Shown one piece after another: positions 1 to 9,767 of a stretch of DNA of 27,861 bases. The notes under the pieces were generated by a model that worked only from the letters and a program-made list of their open reading frames with translations, did no database searches and was not told where the DNA came from. How positions within the stretch are numbered: position 1 is the stretch's first letter; each line of letters opens with the position of its first letter. The DNA is from Octopus sinensis (taxonomy: Eukaryota), in contig NW_021833339.1 in the NCBI RefSeq assembly GCF_006345805.1, positions 1 through 27,861 on the forward strand, in the 5' to 3' direction. The position numbers were made by a program, and so were the translations under genes.

Positions 1-272
1 TCAATTAGCAAAGACCGTATTTCTCCCAATCCTAAGACCACGTAAGCTTTATGCTTGCAGATTTTTACCCCATGCCTTCAAGGTTATTTCTGCACTAACG
101 CTCTTTGAACAGCAGGCTGGCTCAATCGACATTCCAAACAGGACAAACACGATAATAATATAAGAATCAACATGTAAAAGTCGAAATGTTCTGTTAGGAA
201 GTGAAACACAAGCTTTATGTAAAAATAAAAGTAGCATAAATTAATGGCTTAGGCTTGGAGACGAGTTTCGAA

Positions 273-310
273 GAGGAATCGCGAGGAATCAGAAGGAATC
301 AGAAGGAATC
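273..310 (+). repeat. Short tandem repeat, 4 copies of a 10-bp unit with a constant AGGAATC core
   Basis: gaggaatcgc gaggaatcag aaggaatcag aaggaatc read directly. Confidence 0.8.
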
Positions 311-663
311 ACTCTGCCTGGTTTCCCAAAGAATGGGCTGAAATTAGCAATAATTTGGGATTTATCCGAGAAATACAGTGTTGTGATTGAAAGATATACT
401 TGGCACGAAATATATTGCAATTTATGAAAATATCTGATGAGAGTATGGGGGTGGAGGGTGGAAGGAGCGTTTGTGTGGGGGGTGAGGTGGGGTGCATATA
501 CATATTCCAATGTTTGGTTTCTGTGGGATCTTTTCCACTTTTTAAATCCCGCAACCGAAAGTTGAATAAACAAACATGTGAAGACGCGGTGACGAGCATT
601 TTCAAGATGATGATGGCGAGTGCGATGATGATTCTTAGAAAGAGGATTTTTACGATGATTATA

Positions 664-839
664 TACTGCTGCTGCTGCTGCTACTGCTAAGAAGGATGGT
701 GATGGCGATCGTAGTGCTGACGAAGACGACGATGACGATGAGATTGCATAGAAAAATATTTGATTACGATGGTGATGTTGGAAATGTTCACGACGATAAC
801 GATGAAGATGATGCTGAGAACAATAACGAAGACAATGTC

Positions 840-908
<69 letters not shown>

Positions 909-972
909 AATGATGATGGTGATGATGATGATGATGATGATGGTGATGATGATAAAGAAGAGAAGGGAAGGA

Positions 973-1010
<38 letters not shown>
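664..1010 (+). repeat. Compound microsatellite block: (GCT)n, degenerate GAC/GAT, pure (GAT)n ~839-952, (GA)n ~977-1010
   Basis: Direct reading; explains the poly-D, poly-M, poly-I and poly-S ORFs at 687-1082. Confidence 0.95.
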
Positions 1011-1013
<3 letters not shown>

Positions 1014-1097
1014 AAGAGCATTATCAGGATGACAATAAAATTGCTTCAAATTTAGGAATGAAAAAAAACAGATACATAACACCTATTGTTTCGTTTT

Positions 1098-1117
1098 ATA
1101 TATATATGTATATATAT

Positions 1118-1169
<52 letters not shown>

Positions 1170-1393
1170 CACGCACACACACATATATATACATACACAC
1201 ACACACATATATATGTGTATATATATATCTGTGTATATATATATATATATATATATTAGTGTGTATATATATGTGTATATATATATGATATATATGTATA
1301 TATATATATGCGCACGCACATGAGCATAGACGCATACACGCACATATATGTGCACAGGTATACAAACATACACAGTGGTTCCATGCGACACTT

Positions 1394-1423
<30 letters not shown>
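1098..1423. repeat. (TA)n/(CA)n microsatellite block
   Basis: Direct reading; source of the YI/CV ORFs. Confidence 0.95.
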
Positions 1424-1426
<3 letters not shown>

Positions 1427-1625
1427 TACCATGAAGAAGTACAAAAATATAAACGCAAGTCATGAAGAGGAAGAGACGAAGAAAATTGGGGAGAAGAGGA
1501 TGGTGGTGGAGGGGGGTGAGAGAATTTAGTAATCTTGTTGTTGTTGTTGATGCTGGTGGTTGTGGCGGTGGTGGGATAGGGGTTGTAGTGGCCGGTGTTG
1601 CAGTGTTATAGAGATGGTTGAATGT

Positions 1626-1660
1626 GGGTGGGCGGGCGGGTGGGGTGGAGGGGTTCGGGG
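1626..1660 (+). other. G-quadruplex-forming motif
   Basis: GGG-T-GGG-C-GGG-C-GGG-T-GGGG plus further G-runs: at least 5 G3 tracts with 1-nt loops; formation in vivo not shown. Confidence 0.6.
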
Positions 1661-1760
1661 TGGCGTATGAGTTTTGTAAGAAATTTTCTTAGTTGGAAGG
1701 TCAAATCTAGTTTGTGACCTTTAAGAAAATTGCCAAAGATTACTGACTGCTCTGGGTCAT

Positions 1761-1840
1761 CCACTACCACCACCACCACCACCACCACCACCACCACCAC
1801 CACCACCACAACAACAACAACAACAACAACAACAGCAACG
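1761..1840 (+). repeat. Compound microsatellite (CAC)n-(CAA)n
   Basis: Direct reading. Confidence 0.95.
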
Positions 1841-1899
1841 ACCCTTCGCTATCTTTTGTCAATAGAATAGTTGTGTAGTCGTTCCGGTAATGGTAGTTC

Positions 1900-2093
1900 T
1901 GTTGATGTTTCTTCTGGAGGTGGCGGTGGTGTTGGTGGTGGTAGTGGTGGTGATGGTATGAGTTGTGCTGGTATTGGTGGTGGTAAGTGATGGTTGTAGT
2001 AGTGGAGTTAGTACTGCTAGTGGTTGTTTTCGTAGTATTCCCGTAGTAGTACTGAAGCTAATGCTAATAATAGCGGTTTTCATGGCAGTTTTG

Positions 2094-2126
<33 letters not shown>

Positions 2127-2133
2127 ATAGTGC

Positions 2134-2179
<46 letters not shown>

Positions 2180-2190
2180 GGTGGTGGTGT
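1900..2190 (+). repeat. Degenerate and compound trinucleotide repeats (GGT/GCA/GTA)
   Basis: (GCA)n then (GTA)n then (GGT)n in the same phase at ~2095-2190. Confidence 0.9.
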
Positions 2191-2277
2191 ACGTTATGTT
2201 GGTATCAAATGCTTGGAGATAACCAATGAGTTGAAAAAATGTCCTTCTTGTAGTTGTAAAACTCTAAGTTGAAGGAG

Positions 2278-2600
2278 TCCTGCGATCAAAGACAATCCAG
2301 CCGTGAACATCTCGACCCATTCCTATGTGCAAGAAACCCCATGTATGCTTTTTGAACGGCAGGGTGTGCCTTGTTAGATTTTTTCTGGGTTGGGCGCTTG
2401 CGAAGACAATCCATCGCTGAGCCGTGCGGCCACGGAGAGTTGTTGCAGCTCTTGTTACTGTCACAAGTCTGTGCAGCAGTTCTTATTGGAGAAGACCAAA
2501 GATGAAAGACGTTCCATTTATGACCATTCCGTCTTTTATTTAAGACGGTAGAGTATATTTCAAGGAGTTTGGCTGTTATTTCCAGAATGTCGAGTGACGC
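2278..2600 (+). mobile_element. Two decayed fragments (~2278-2312 and ~2515-2600) of a dispersed ~200-bp repeat family
   Basis: Motifs gatcaaagacaatccagccgtga and gagtttggctgttatttccag match other in-window copies at ~3745-3868 and ~11185-11220. Confidence 0.5.
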
Positions 2601-2905
2601 AATAGGGGATCTTACTAGCATGAGTAGATAGCGATAACGAAGATGATACTGCGGTTCTCGTAATGGTGGTGGTGGTGGTGGTGGTCAAGTGTAAGGGTGG
2701 TGGGGGAACTGTTTTTGTTTCTGTTATGATTTAGCGAACAACTTATAGTCACAGTCGCTCCATAAGTGACCTTCCCATCTTATATGCTCAAACAATGTCT
2801 ACGACTTCTTTACTCATTGTATCTTTTCTTTGACAAAACTGTGTTATTGCATTTGAGGGAAGATTTATCTTTTTCTTCAACCCAGGGCTCCTTCGTGAAC
2901 GGGTA

Positions 2906-2907
2906 TG

Positions 2908-2945
<38 letters not shown>

Positions 2946-2950
2946 GGTGG
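2906..2950 (+). repeat. (GTA)n-(GGT)n microsatellite
   Basis: Direct reading. Confidence 0.95.
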
Positions 2951-3074
2951 TAATGTGGTGGTAATTTCAGTTTGTTTAGTAGTGATGGCGCCTGTAATAT
3001 ATTTGCCAATGGTTAGATTTTTTAATTATTCATTTTTAATTATTAATCGTTAACTCTTATTAATTGTCTATATT

Positions 3075-3142
3075 TATATAAATATATATATACACACACA
3101 CACGCACACACATACACACACACACACACATATATATATTAC

Positions 3143-3224
<82 letters not shown>

Positions 3225-3239
3225 TATATATTATATATA
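3075..3239. repeat. (TA)n/(CA)n microsatellite
   Basis: Direct reading; abuts the left arm of the fold-back element. Confidence 0.95.
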
Positions 3240-3267
3240 CTTTATTTAAAGCAGCAGAAAATTCAAC

Positions 3268-3315
3268 AAAACCTGTTACTCTGAGTTTCCCGTTGCCGTT
3301 CGTCGGACAGTTTTT
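3268..3315 (-). ncRNA. Minimal type I hammerhead ribozyme-like motif (U4C core variant)
   Basis: Minus strand: AAAAACUGU-CCGACGA-A CG GCAA CG G-GAA-ACUC A GAGU-A-ACAGGUUUU. Stem I has 4+4 bp around an A.G mismatch; stem II is 2 bp with a GNRA loop; stem III is near-palindromic; GUA cleavage triplet. Confidence 0.65.
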
Positions 3316-3388
3316 GCTAGAATGGAACCGATATGTGGATTCTATCCAGACTATTACAAACGCTACACATATCGGTTCCATTCTAGCA

Positions 3389-3436
3389 AAAAACTGTCCG
3401 AAGAACGGCAACGGGAAACTCAGAGTAACAAGTTTT
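3389..3436 (+). ncRNA. Second copy of the hammerhead-like motif (right arm of the fold-back)
   Basis: aaaaactgt-ccgaaga-acggcaacgg-gaa-actcagagt-a-acaagtttt; stem I weakened by one extra mismatch. Confidence 0.55.
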
Positions 3437-3533
3437 GTTGAATTTTCTGCTGCTTTAAATAAAGCATATTACTCTACCACTGGTATTTGAGTACTCTTTT
3501 TTCCACCTTGTTTCACATTTATGTGTTTACTCC

Positions 3534-3535
<2 letters not shown>

Positions 3536-3590
<55 letters not shown>
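3536..3590. repeat. (TA)n microsatellite
   Basis: Direct reading. Confidence 0.95.
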
Positions 3591-3591
<1 letters not shown>

Positions 3592-3699
3592 TGTATGTAT
3601 TCACATATTTCAAAGAACTAGTCCCCAAGTCCTAGCTGTACTTCGAGTCACGGGTTACTGTTACTTATTTTATTGACACCGATTACTTTTTGTAGTTAT

Positions 3700-3870
3700 T
3701 TTCTTTGTTTAACCCTGGGTCAATCGTAATCTGTTCCATCTATGATCAAATGCATTCATGCCGTGACCACTACGTTGAATTTTTTATGAACGACAACATT
3801 ATCTTAGATGCATTTTTCCTATTGAAGTTGGTAGATGTGATTTGAGGGAGATTTGGCTGTTATTTTCCCC
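3700..3870 (+). mobile_element. Decayed copy of the dispersed ~200-bp repeat family
   Basis: ttgtttaaccctggg...ctatgatcaaa...gatttgagggagatttggctgttattt, similar to the reverse complements at 4660-4920. Confidence 0.55.
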
Positions 3871-4409
3871 CTCGTTGACAAGTCTCACCTTGAGATTAAT
3901 CAAAGCGTGAGGTTGCTAAACTCCCTTCATCGGTCAAGATCTGGTCAGCTCTTGGAGATAGATGCAAGGCGATACTATTTCATTTGAACTCGAAACGGGG
4001 AAAGGTGACGACGAAGTGGTTGAGGGCCCCTAGTTCGGTCCTCTCTCGTATCTAAATCATAACAAGACCAAATATCAAATAACTTGTTGAAGCAACTTCA
4101 TCAGTTTTTGTTTGTTTGCTTTTTCTTAACCCTGTCTCACGCATTTAAGAGAATGTGTGTGTGTGCGTGCGTTGGGTGTGGTGGACGCTGTGTTGTTTAT
4201 TTACCAACTCTACCAATACATACCCCCCACACACACACACACACCGAAAGCCGATCATTCATATCAACGAAAGCCGTCCCTGTTCCGTCCTTCCGCCATT
4301 CTAATTATGTTATCCTGTTTCTTAATCGCTTCAACAGTGAAAGCTGAGAATTGTAGGGGATGCATTTCTCGCTTGTTGATCCCTTTTTAAACGGTTTAGA
4401 TCTCCTACA

Positions 4410-4412
4410 GCA

Positions 4413-4499
<87 letters not shown>

Positions 4500-4500
4500 T
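4410..4500 (+). repeat. (CTA)n-(ATA)n compound microsatellite
   Basis: Direct reading. Confidence 0.95.
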
Positions 4501-4572
4501 AATTCTTTTTATTGGCCACAAGGGCTGACACACATGATTGGAAAACATAAAGGGACAAAACAGGACGAAAGG
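4501..4572 (-). mobile_element. Decayed 3' tail fragment of the SINE family seen at 14190-14422
   Basis: ttctttttattggccacaagggctga...agggacaaaacaggac resembles tttctttattacccacaaggggctaa...agggacaaacaaggac at 14192-14240. Confidence 0.45.
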
Positions 4573-4619
4573 TTACAATAATAATAATAATAATAATAAC
4601 TGCTACTACTATTCACCGT

Positions 4620-4920
4620 CAGAATGGCCTTGAGAGATTCTATCCTGTTATTTGATATGTTAGAAATAGCAACTAAATTATCCTCAAACTTGATCTCACT
4701 GTGTTACGTGAAGAAGAGTTGAACTAAAAGATATAATCATGGATGAACCCCCTAAAGACAGGGTGATCACGTCTGCAATGACTATGATCAGCGAAATCTC
4801 CCTCAAATTCCACCTTCAAAGCAAGAAGGAGGCATTGACTAAGATATTCTACATAAAGCCAATAGAATGTTTTTGATCATCGTCTGCTTAATCAGGACTA
4901 ACCTGGGGTTAAACAACAAT
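4620..4920 (-). mobile_element. Two or more decayed reverse-orientation fragments of the dispersed ~200-bp repeat family
   Basis: agaaatagcaactaaattatcctcaaa, gaaatctccctcaaatt and ggactaacctggggttaaacaacaa are reverse complements of family motifs. Confidence 0.5.
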
Positions 4921-5339
4921 AAACTCTAAACTTTTACATGATTTTTAACGAATATCTTCAGTCCTGTATCTCGATCTGCTAGAAATAGTAGCAGGTCGTG
5001 AGACATTAACTTGTATCTGTTAGAGGCGAATACATCTCGACCGATATCGTAAGATCAACAATAGTGAATCGGGGGAACCTTTGCATAGTCATTTAATTGT
5101 CTAGAAATAACAACCAATCCCACTCAAATCCATAAGAAAAGAACATGGAAGATAATGTAATTGTACGTACCCACAACATAGACCGTGGTGTGAAGGCAAG
5201 CATGCATTTCATCGTAGATGAATATACGGAGTCTTACTCTAAGCCTCTCAGAATTTGAACTCCAGGCGCACATTTGGAACTCAGACCAAAATCCGTTTTA
5301 TCCGTTTCTTTTATAATTTTGCCAACCAGCCTCCGTAAA

Positions 5340-6041
5340 TGTATGCACACACACGCAGGCACACGCATACGCACATACATACACACACACACACACACAC
5401 ATACACACACTCATGCACATACATGCGGAGCCACATTACATACATATGATTGTGTGTGTACGTGCGTGGTTGTTTAGATATACATATGTCTAAAACTATG
5501 TATATTAACATTTAAGATTGAAAAATTTCGTAATTATATAATGTATTCACAGATCTAAACACACATTTGCGCGTGTGTTCGTGCATGTGTGTCTGTGCGC
5601 GTATTTGTGTGTCTATGTGTAGGTCTTTATGTGTGTATGCGTGTGTGTGTGTGTGTGTGTGTGTGCGCGTGAGCGAGCTGTCTTTGTGATTAAATGAAAT
5701 TCAGAAATAAGAGAAATTAATATAAAAAGCGACTGTTTTAGCAATAAAAATCACATAGACGCGCACGCGCATACACTTACACACACACTTACACACACAC
5801 ATTCGCACACATTCATACGTACACACATACATCTCACTCTCACGCACACATAACCATACAAGCACACACTGACACTAACGCAATCACATGATATGAAACC
5901 ACACTTCATTTTCTCTAATTAATTTATTAATGAAATTGATTTTATTAATTTGTCTTCCGTTATGGAAAAACAACACGTCATAAATTAAAACGAAAAGTTG
6001 TTGCAAAAAACCTATATAAAATAACACAAACACGCACACAC

Positions 6042-6078
<37 letters not shown>

Positions 6079-6100
6079 CACTCACACACACACACACACA
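5340..6100. repeat. Cluster of degenerate (CA)n/(TG)n microsatellites
   Basis: Tracts at ~5340-5470, 5570-5670, 5755-5880 and 6030-6100. Confidence 0.9.
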
Positions 6101-6134
6101 TAATGTACTTCTAACCACCAAGTGTTGCAAATGT

Positions 6135-6174
6135 GATCACCATCAACATCATCATCACCACCACCACCACCACC

Positions 6175-6208
<34 letters not shown>

Positions 6209-6460
6209 TCATCACCACCACCTTCATCACAACCACCACCATCATCATCATCATCACCACCACCACCGTCATCATCATCCCCACCACCACCACCATCATC
6301 ATCACCACCACCACCACCACCGTCATCATCATCATCACATCATCATCATCATCATCATCACCACCACCACCGTCATCATCATCATCATCATCACCACCAC
6401 CACCACCACCACCACCACCACCACCACCACCATCCTCCTCCTCCTCCTCATCATCATCAT
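6135..6460 (+). repeat. Compound (CAC)n/(CAT)n/(CCT)n microsatellite
   Basis: Direct reading; source of the 168-aa and 141-aa low-complexity ORFs. Confidence 0.95.
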
Positions 6461-6660
6461 CGCTAGAAATAAGAGTACGCAGCACAATCCTCAGAAACGG
6501 TCGCTCCACAGCCTCCGCCGTTGCTGCTATCCCTAACAGTTCTTCGATAACAACATAGAAACCTGAACCGATTCCGCCATGACTGCCATCTTGCAACACC
6601 GTCACCTCCCGAAGCAAATATCATACAACTACCACCAGTCATAAACGCCACCACTTCAAC

Positions 6661-7019
6661 AAGTAATAATCGTTCCAAAAGTTGGCACGAGGCCGGCAAT
6701 ATGGGAGAGGCGAGGGGTGCTAAGTCGATTTCAACGACCTCAGTATTCCACTGGTACTAAATTTATCGAGCCCCAAAGGCTAAAAGGCAAAGTAATAATG
6801 GTTCCAAAATTTGGCACGAGTCCATCAATATGGGAAAGGCGGTGATGCTAAGTCGATTTTAACGACTCCAGTATTCCACTGGTACTAAATTTATCGAGCC
6901 CCAAAGGCTAAAAGGCAAAGTCGACCTCGGCGGAATTTGAACTCAGAAAGTAGAGACAGGCGAAGTACTGCGAAGCATTTCGTCCAGTGTGCTAGCGATT
7001 CTACCAACTTGCCGCCTTC
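6661..7019 (-). mobile_element. tRNA-derived SINE (MetaSINE-like central domain) with a 129-bp tandem duplication of its 3' half
   Basis: Minus-strand head aaggcggcaagttggtagaatcg (A-box-like) and B-box gagttcaaattcc; body matches the 14190-14422 copy; units 6661-6793 and 6790-6921. The superfamily name is from recall. Confidence 0.85.
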
Positions 7020-7227
7020 ACAATAATAATAATAGTTTCATATTTTGGCCCCAGGCCAATTCGACACCTTCCTTCAACAAGTAATAACGACATTAGTATA
7101 AACAAACATTTCGCCTTCAGAAAATTCAAGAGATATTTCACAGCTATTTCTATCCAACATGATAGATCTGCATTATCCTGCTTGACAACAACAACGTGAT
7201 CGTCTTTCTGCATTCACCAAATCTTCC

Positions 7228-7489
7228 TCAAACGAACAATAACAACACCACAAATAACAAAAATGTGACAACAATCATGTGACCATCACCATAAACAATA
7301 TCACCACCAAAACTTGTCAACAACGTGTCCTGTATGACATGAAAACTGTCAGGTACTGCCTCATAAATTCTGGGAGACATTAGATGAAGGTTCTTTACGA
7401 AACGTTGCAATAGTTCTTTAGGCAATGCCAGCGATTCTTTGGGCAATGGCAGCGTAGCGATGCTTTGGATCCGGAATGGATATCGAAGC
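7228..7489 (-). other. Candidate exon or non-repetitive ORF of unknown product
   Basis: AG acceptor-like site (actttatag|G) at 7490-7491. One frame is open to 7228; another encodes FDIHSGSKASLRCHCPKNRWHCLKNYCNVS*. No recognisable homology. Confidence 0.2.
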
Positions 7490-7764
7490 CTATAAAGTGT
7501 GTGTTTTAAAATATATGAAAACAAGGTTATGATTTGATCGTCTAACCGAGCACCTAGACAAGACATTAATCAGGCCCAATGCAACTCCTTGTAAGTCATT
7601 ATACTGAAGCACGTCAGTCGTGGATGCTACATAAAACTGCTTATTACAATTAGTCATTAATCATCAGCCATTAGTCATTAGGTTCCTGCAAGACAATATT
7701 ACACTGACACAAGCTGTGTCACCATTATTAGTTATACGTTATACAATGATACATATATATGTAT

Positions 7765-8105
7765 CTGCGTGGCATCTTGGGCAAGTGTCTTCTTCTATAG
7801 CCCCGGGCCGACCAATGCCTTGTGAGTGGATTTGGTAGATGGAAACTGTAAGAAGCCTGTCGTATATATATGTATATATGTATGTGTGTGTATGTGCTTG
7901 TGTGTCTGTGTTTGTCTCCCTAGCATTGCTTGACAACCGATGCTGGTGTGTTTACATCCCCGTCACTTAGCGGTTCGGCAAAAGAGACCGATAGAATAAG
8001 TACTGGGCTTACAAAGAATAAGTCCCGGGGTCGATTTGCTCGTCTAAAGGCGGTGCTCCAGCATGGCCGCAGTCAAATGACTGAAACAAGTAAAAGAGTA
8101 AAGAT
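7765..8105 (+). mobile_element. CORE-type tRNA-derived SINE, 5'-truncated
   Basis: Nearly collinear and highly similar to the full-length copy at 24798-25208; CORE-like cttgggcaagtgtctt; internal (TA)/(TG) tract; tail aaacaagtaaaagag. Confidence 0.9.
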
Positions 8106-8107
8106 TA

Positions 8108-8119
8108 AAATATATATAC

Positions 8120-8175
<56 letters not shown>

Positions 8176-8258
8176 CATACATACACATATATATGTATAT
8201 ATATATATAATATATATATATATATACACACATGCATAGAGAGAGAGGTGGTTCAATC

Positions 8259-8290
<32 letters not shown>
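8108..8290. repeat. (TA)n, (GA)n and (CTA)n microsatellites
   Basis: Direct reading. Confidence 0.95.
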
Positions 8291-8291
<1 letters not shown>

Positions 8292-9767
8292 TCTCCCCCA
8301 CCTTTCTATCTACACCACACTTATTTCCTCTTCACCGCCTTCTTAGGTTTGATTAGTTGTTATTAACTGAAAATGCAGGTCTATACACTTGCTCTGTTAC
8401 GCTACCTTTCTCTCGTCTGTCAGTCAAGCAAGCGTCGCAGAAACAGAGGAGCGAAGCGAAATAAAAGAGATCGTTACTGGATGCAGTTCTTACTTCGAAA
8501 AAGTTAACTGTTGAATTATTTATCAGCAAAACTTAAACATCTCCCGAAGGACAAACTGAAAGCAAGACAAACCTGAACGCGAAACTGATCGCCATCACCA
8601 TCTCCAGTACACAAAGAAACCACAGCAGAAAGTAAACAAGACATCATTCGAAGCAGCCTATGAGGAAAGATCCCATCAGTGGCACACGGGATGGATTTGA
8701 TATTGGAATATGATTACAAAGAAATGTAGAAAACGGAAAAATATGCACAGACAAATATATTTCCGATCGATAATGCACAGCAATCTTTTCCAGTTGGCAT
8801 ATTTAACACAGGAATCATAACGGTGAAATATCGGTGAGAGGTTAAAGTATCAAGAAGCAAGCCATATTTTGGTTAACCCTGTCGAATCTTTGGAAAATGT
8901 GGAGTCAATGCACCAACTTTGACAACAGGAAAATGGTAAAAATTATATGACAGAATTCCTAGGTATCAACTTAGTATGTAGCAGAAATTGAATTGTGTAT
9001 CATGGAAGCACTTTGAATAAAGGAATCATTTCTGTAGATTGGTGCTTGGGACATTTTATGCATAAAAAACCGCAAGGCAGGAGTCTAAGTGAATTAATAT
9101 TTTACTTAATCAAATTGACATTATTTAATTTTGTAATGAAAGAATCTTAGCACTCCAAAGTGCCTCTCAATTGATTGGCAACGTCGACAATAGTCGGTTC
9201 TGCGAGGTGGTTTTAACTTTTGTCTCAGCGCAATCCAGTTCTTGAAACACACAAGAGGAACGTCAAAGGAAGTCAGGAAAAGGAGAAAGGTTGCGAGTAT
9301 ATTGTTCGTTAACTAAGTCTAAAAAATAAATAGATTTCTCTTTTCTCCGTCTTGCTTTTAAAACTCATACTCACTGGATGATCAAGAATAAAAAAAAAAA
9401 GCTATTTAATGATGCAACACATAATTCTGCATCGGGTGTCGAACAGGCAACATGTATCATACATTACATTCAAAGTAGAGATTATGAGTTTAAGATTCAG
9501 AAGAGATTTTTATCCTTTGATGACTGTTGTGAGAAACACGTTCTGAGATTGTAAACTTGATAAAGGAAACATTGAGCTAAAAATGCAATCTCTTCAAAGA
9601 TTTCACGGGTCAAAGATACGACAGGGATGTCAGTATAGCAGCTTTATACAAAGAAATATAAAGTGTATAGGGAAGTATGGGAGGTAAAAGGAATCATAAA
9701 GGATATTATCTAGTCAAAATCCTTTGGTTATTTTTTGCTCATATGTGGATACCATACACAGAATTTG

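Larger units (their letters stand above)
3240..3535. mobile_element. Fold-back element (98-bp arms 3240-3337 and 3366-3464, 28-nt loop) plus a unique 3' extension to a (TA)n tract; probable Penelope-like element terminal remnant
   Basis: Arms are reverse complements with 2 substitutions and 1 indel; each arm carries a hammerhead-like motif; flanked on both sides by (TA)n. The PLE assignment is inference. Confidence 0.7.

Noticed and set aside
687-1529. Long ORFs of poly-D/M/I/S, ER and YI/CV dipeptides
   Set aside because: They are translations of (GAT)n, (GA)n, (TA)n and (CA)n; these repeats lack stop codons in most frames
3889-4051. Minus-strand segment with good acceptor (atgatttag|) and donor (AAG|GTGAG) sites
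   Set aside because: All three frames contain stops within the 163 nt, so it is not an internal coding exon; a non-coding exon cannot be supported without RNA data
6460-6650. GC-rich unique stretch with CAAGATGGC/CATGGCGG motifs resembling a first exon
   Set aside because: No splice donor or sustained non-repetitive ORF; runs directly into a microsatellite
6661-6921. Direct repeats that could be mistaken for a CRISPR-like array
   Set aside because: Only two long SINE-derived units with no unique spacers; eukaryotic context and no cas genes
7930-8100. Near-identical ORFs MTTDAGVF...ETSK at 7930 and 25024
   Set aside because: They lie inside copies of the same SINE; the similarity reflects the repeat, not a duplicated gene
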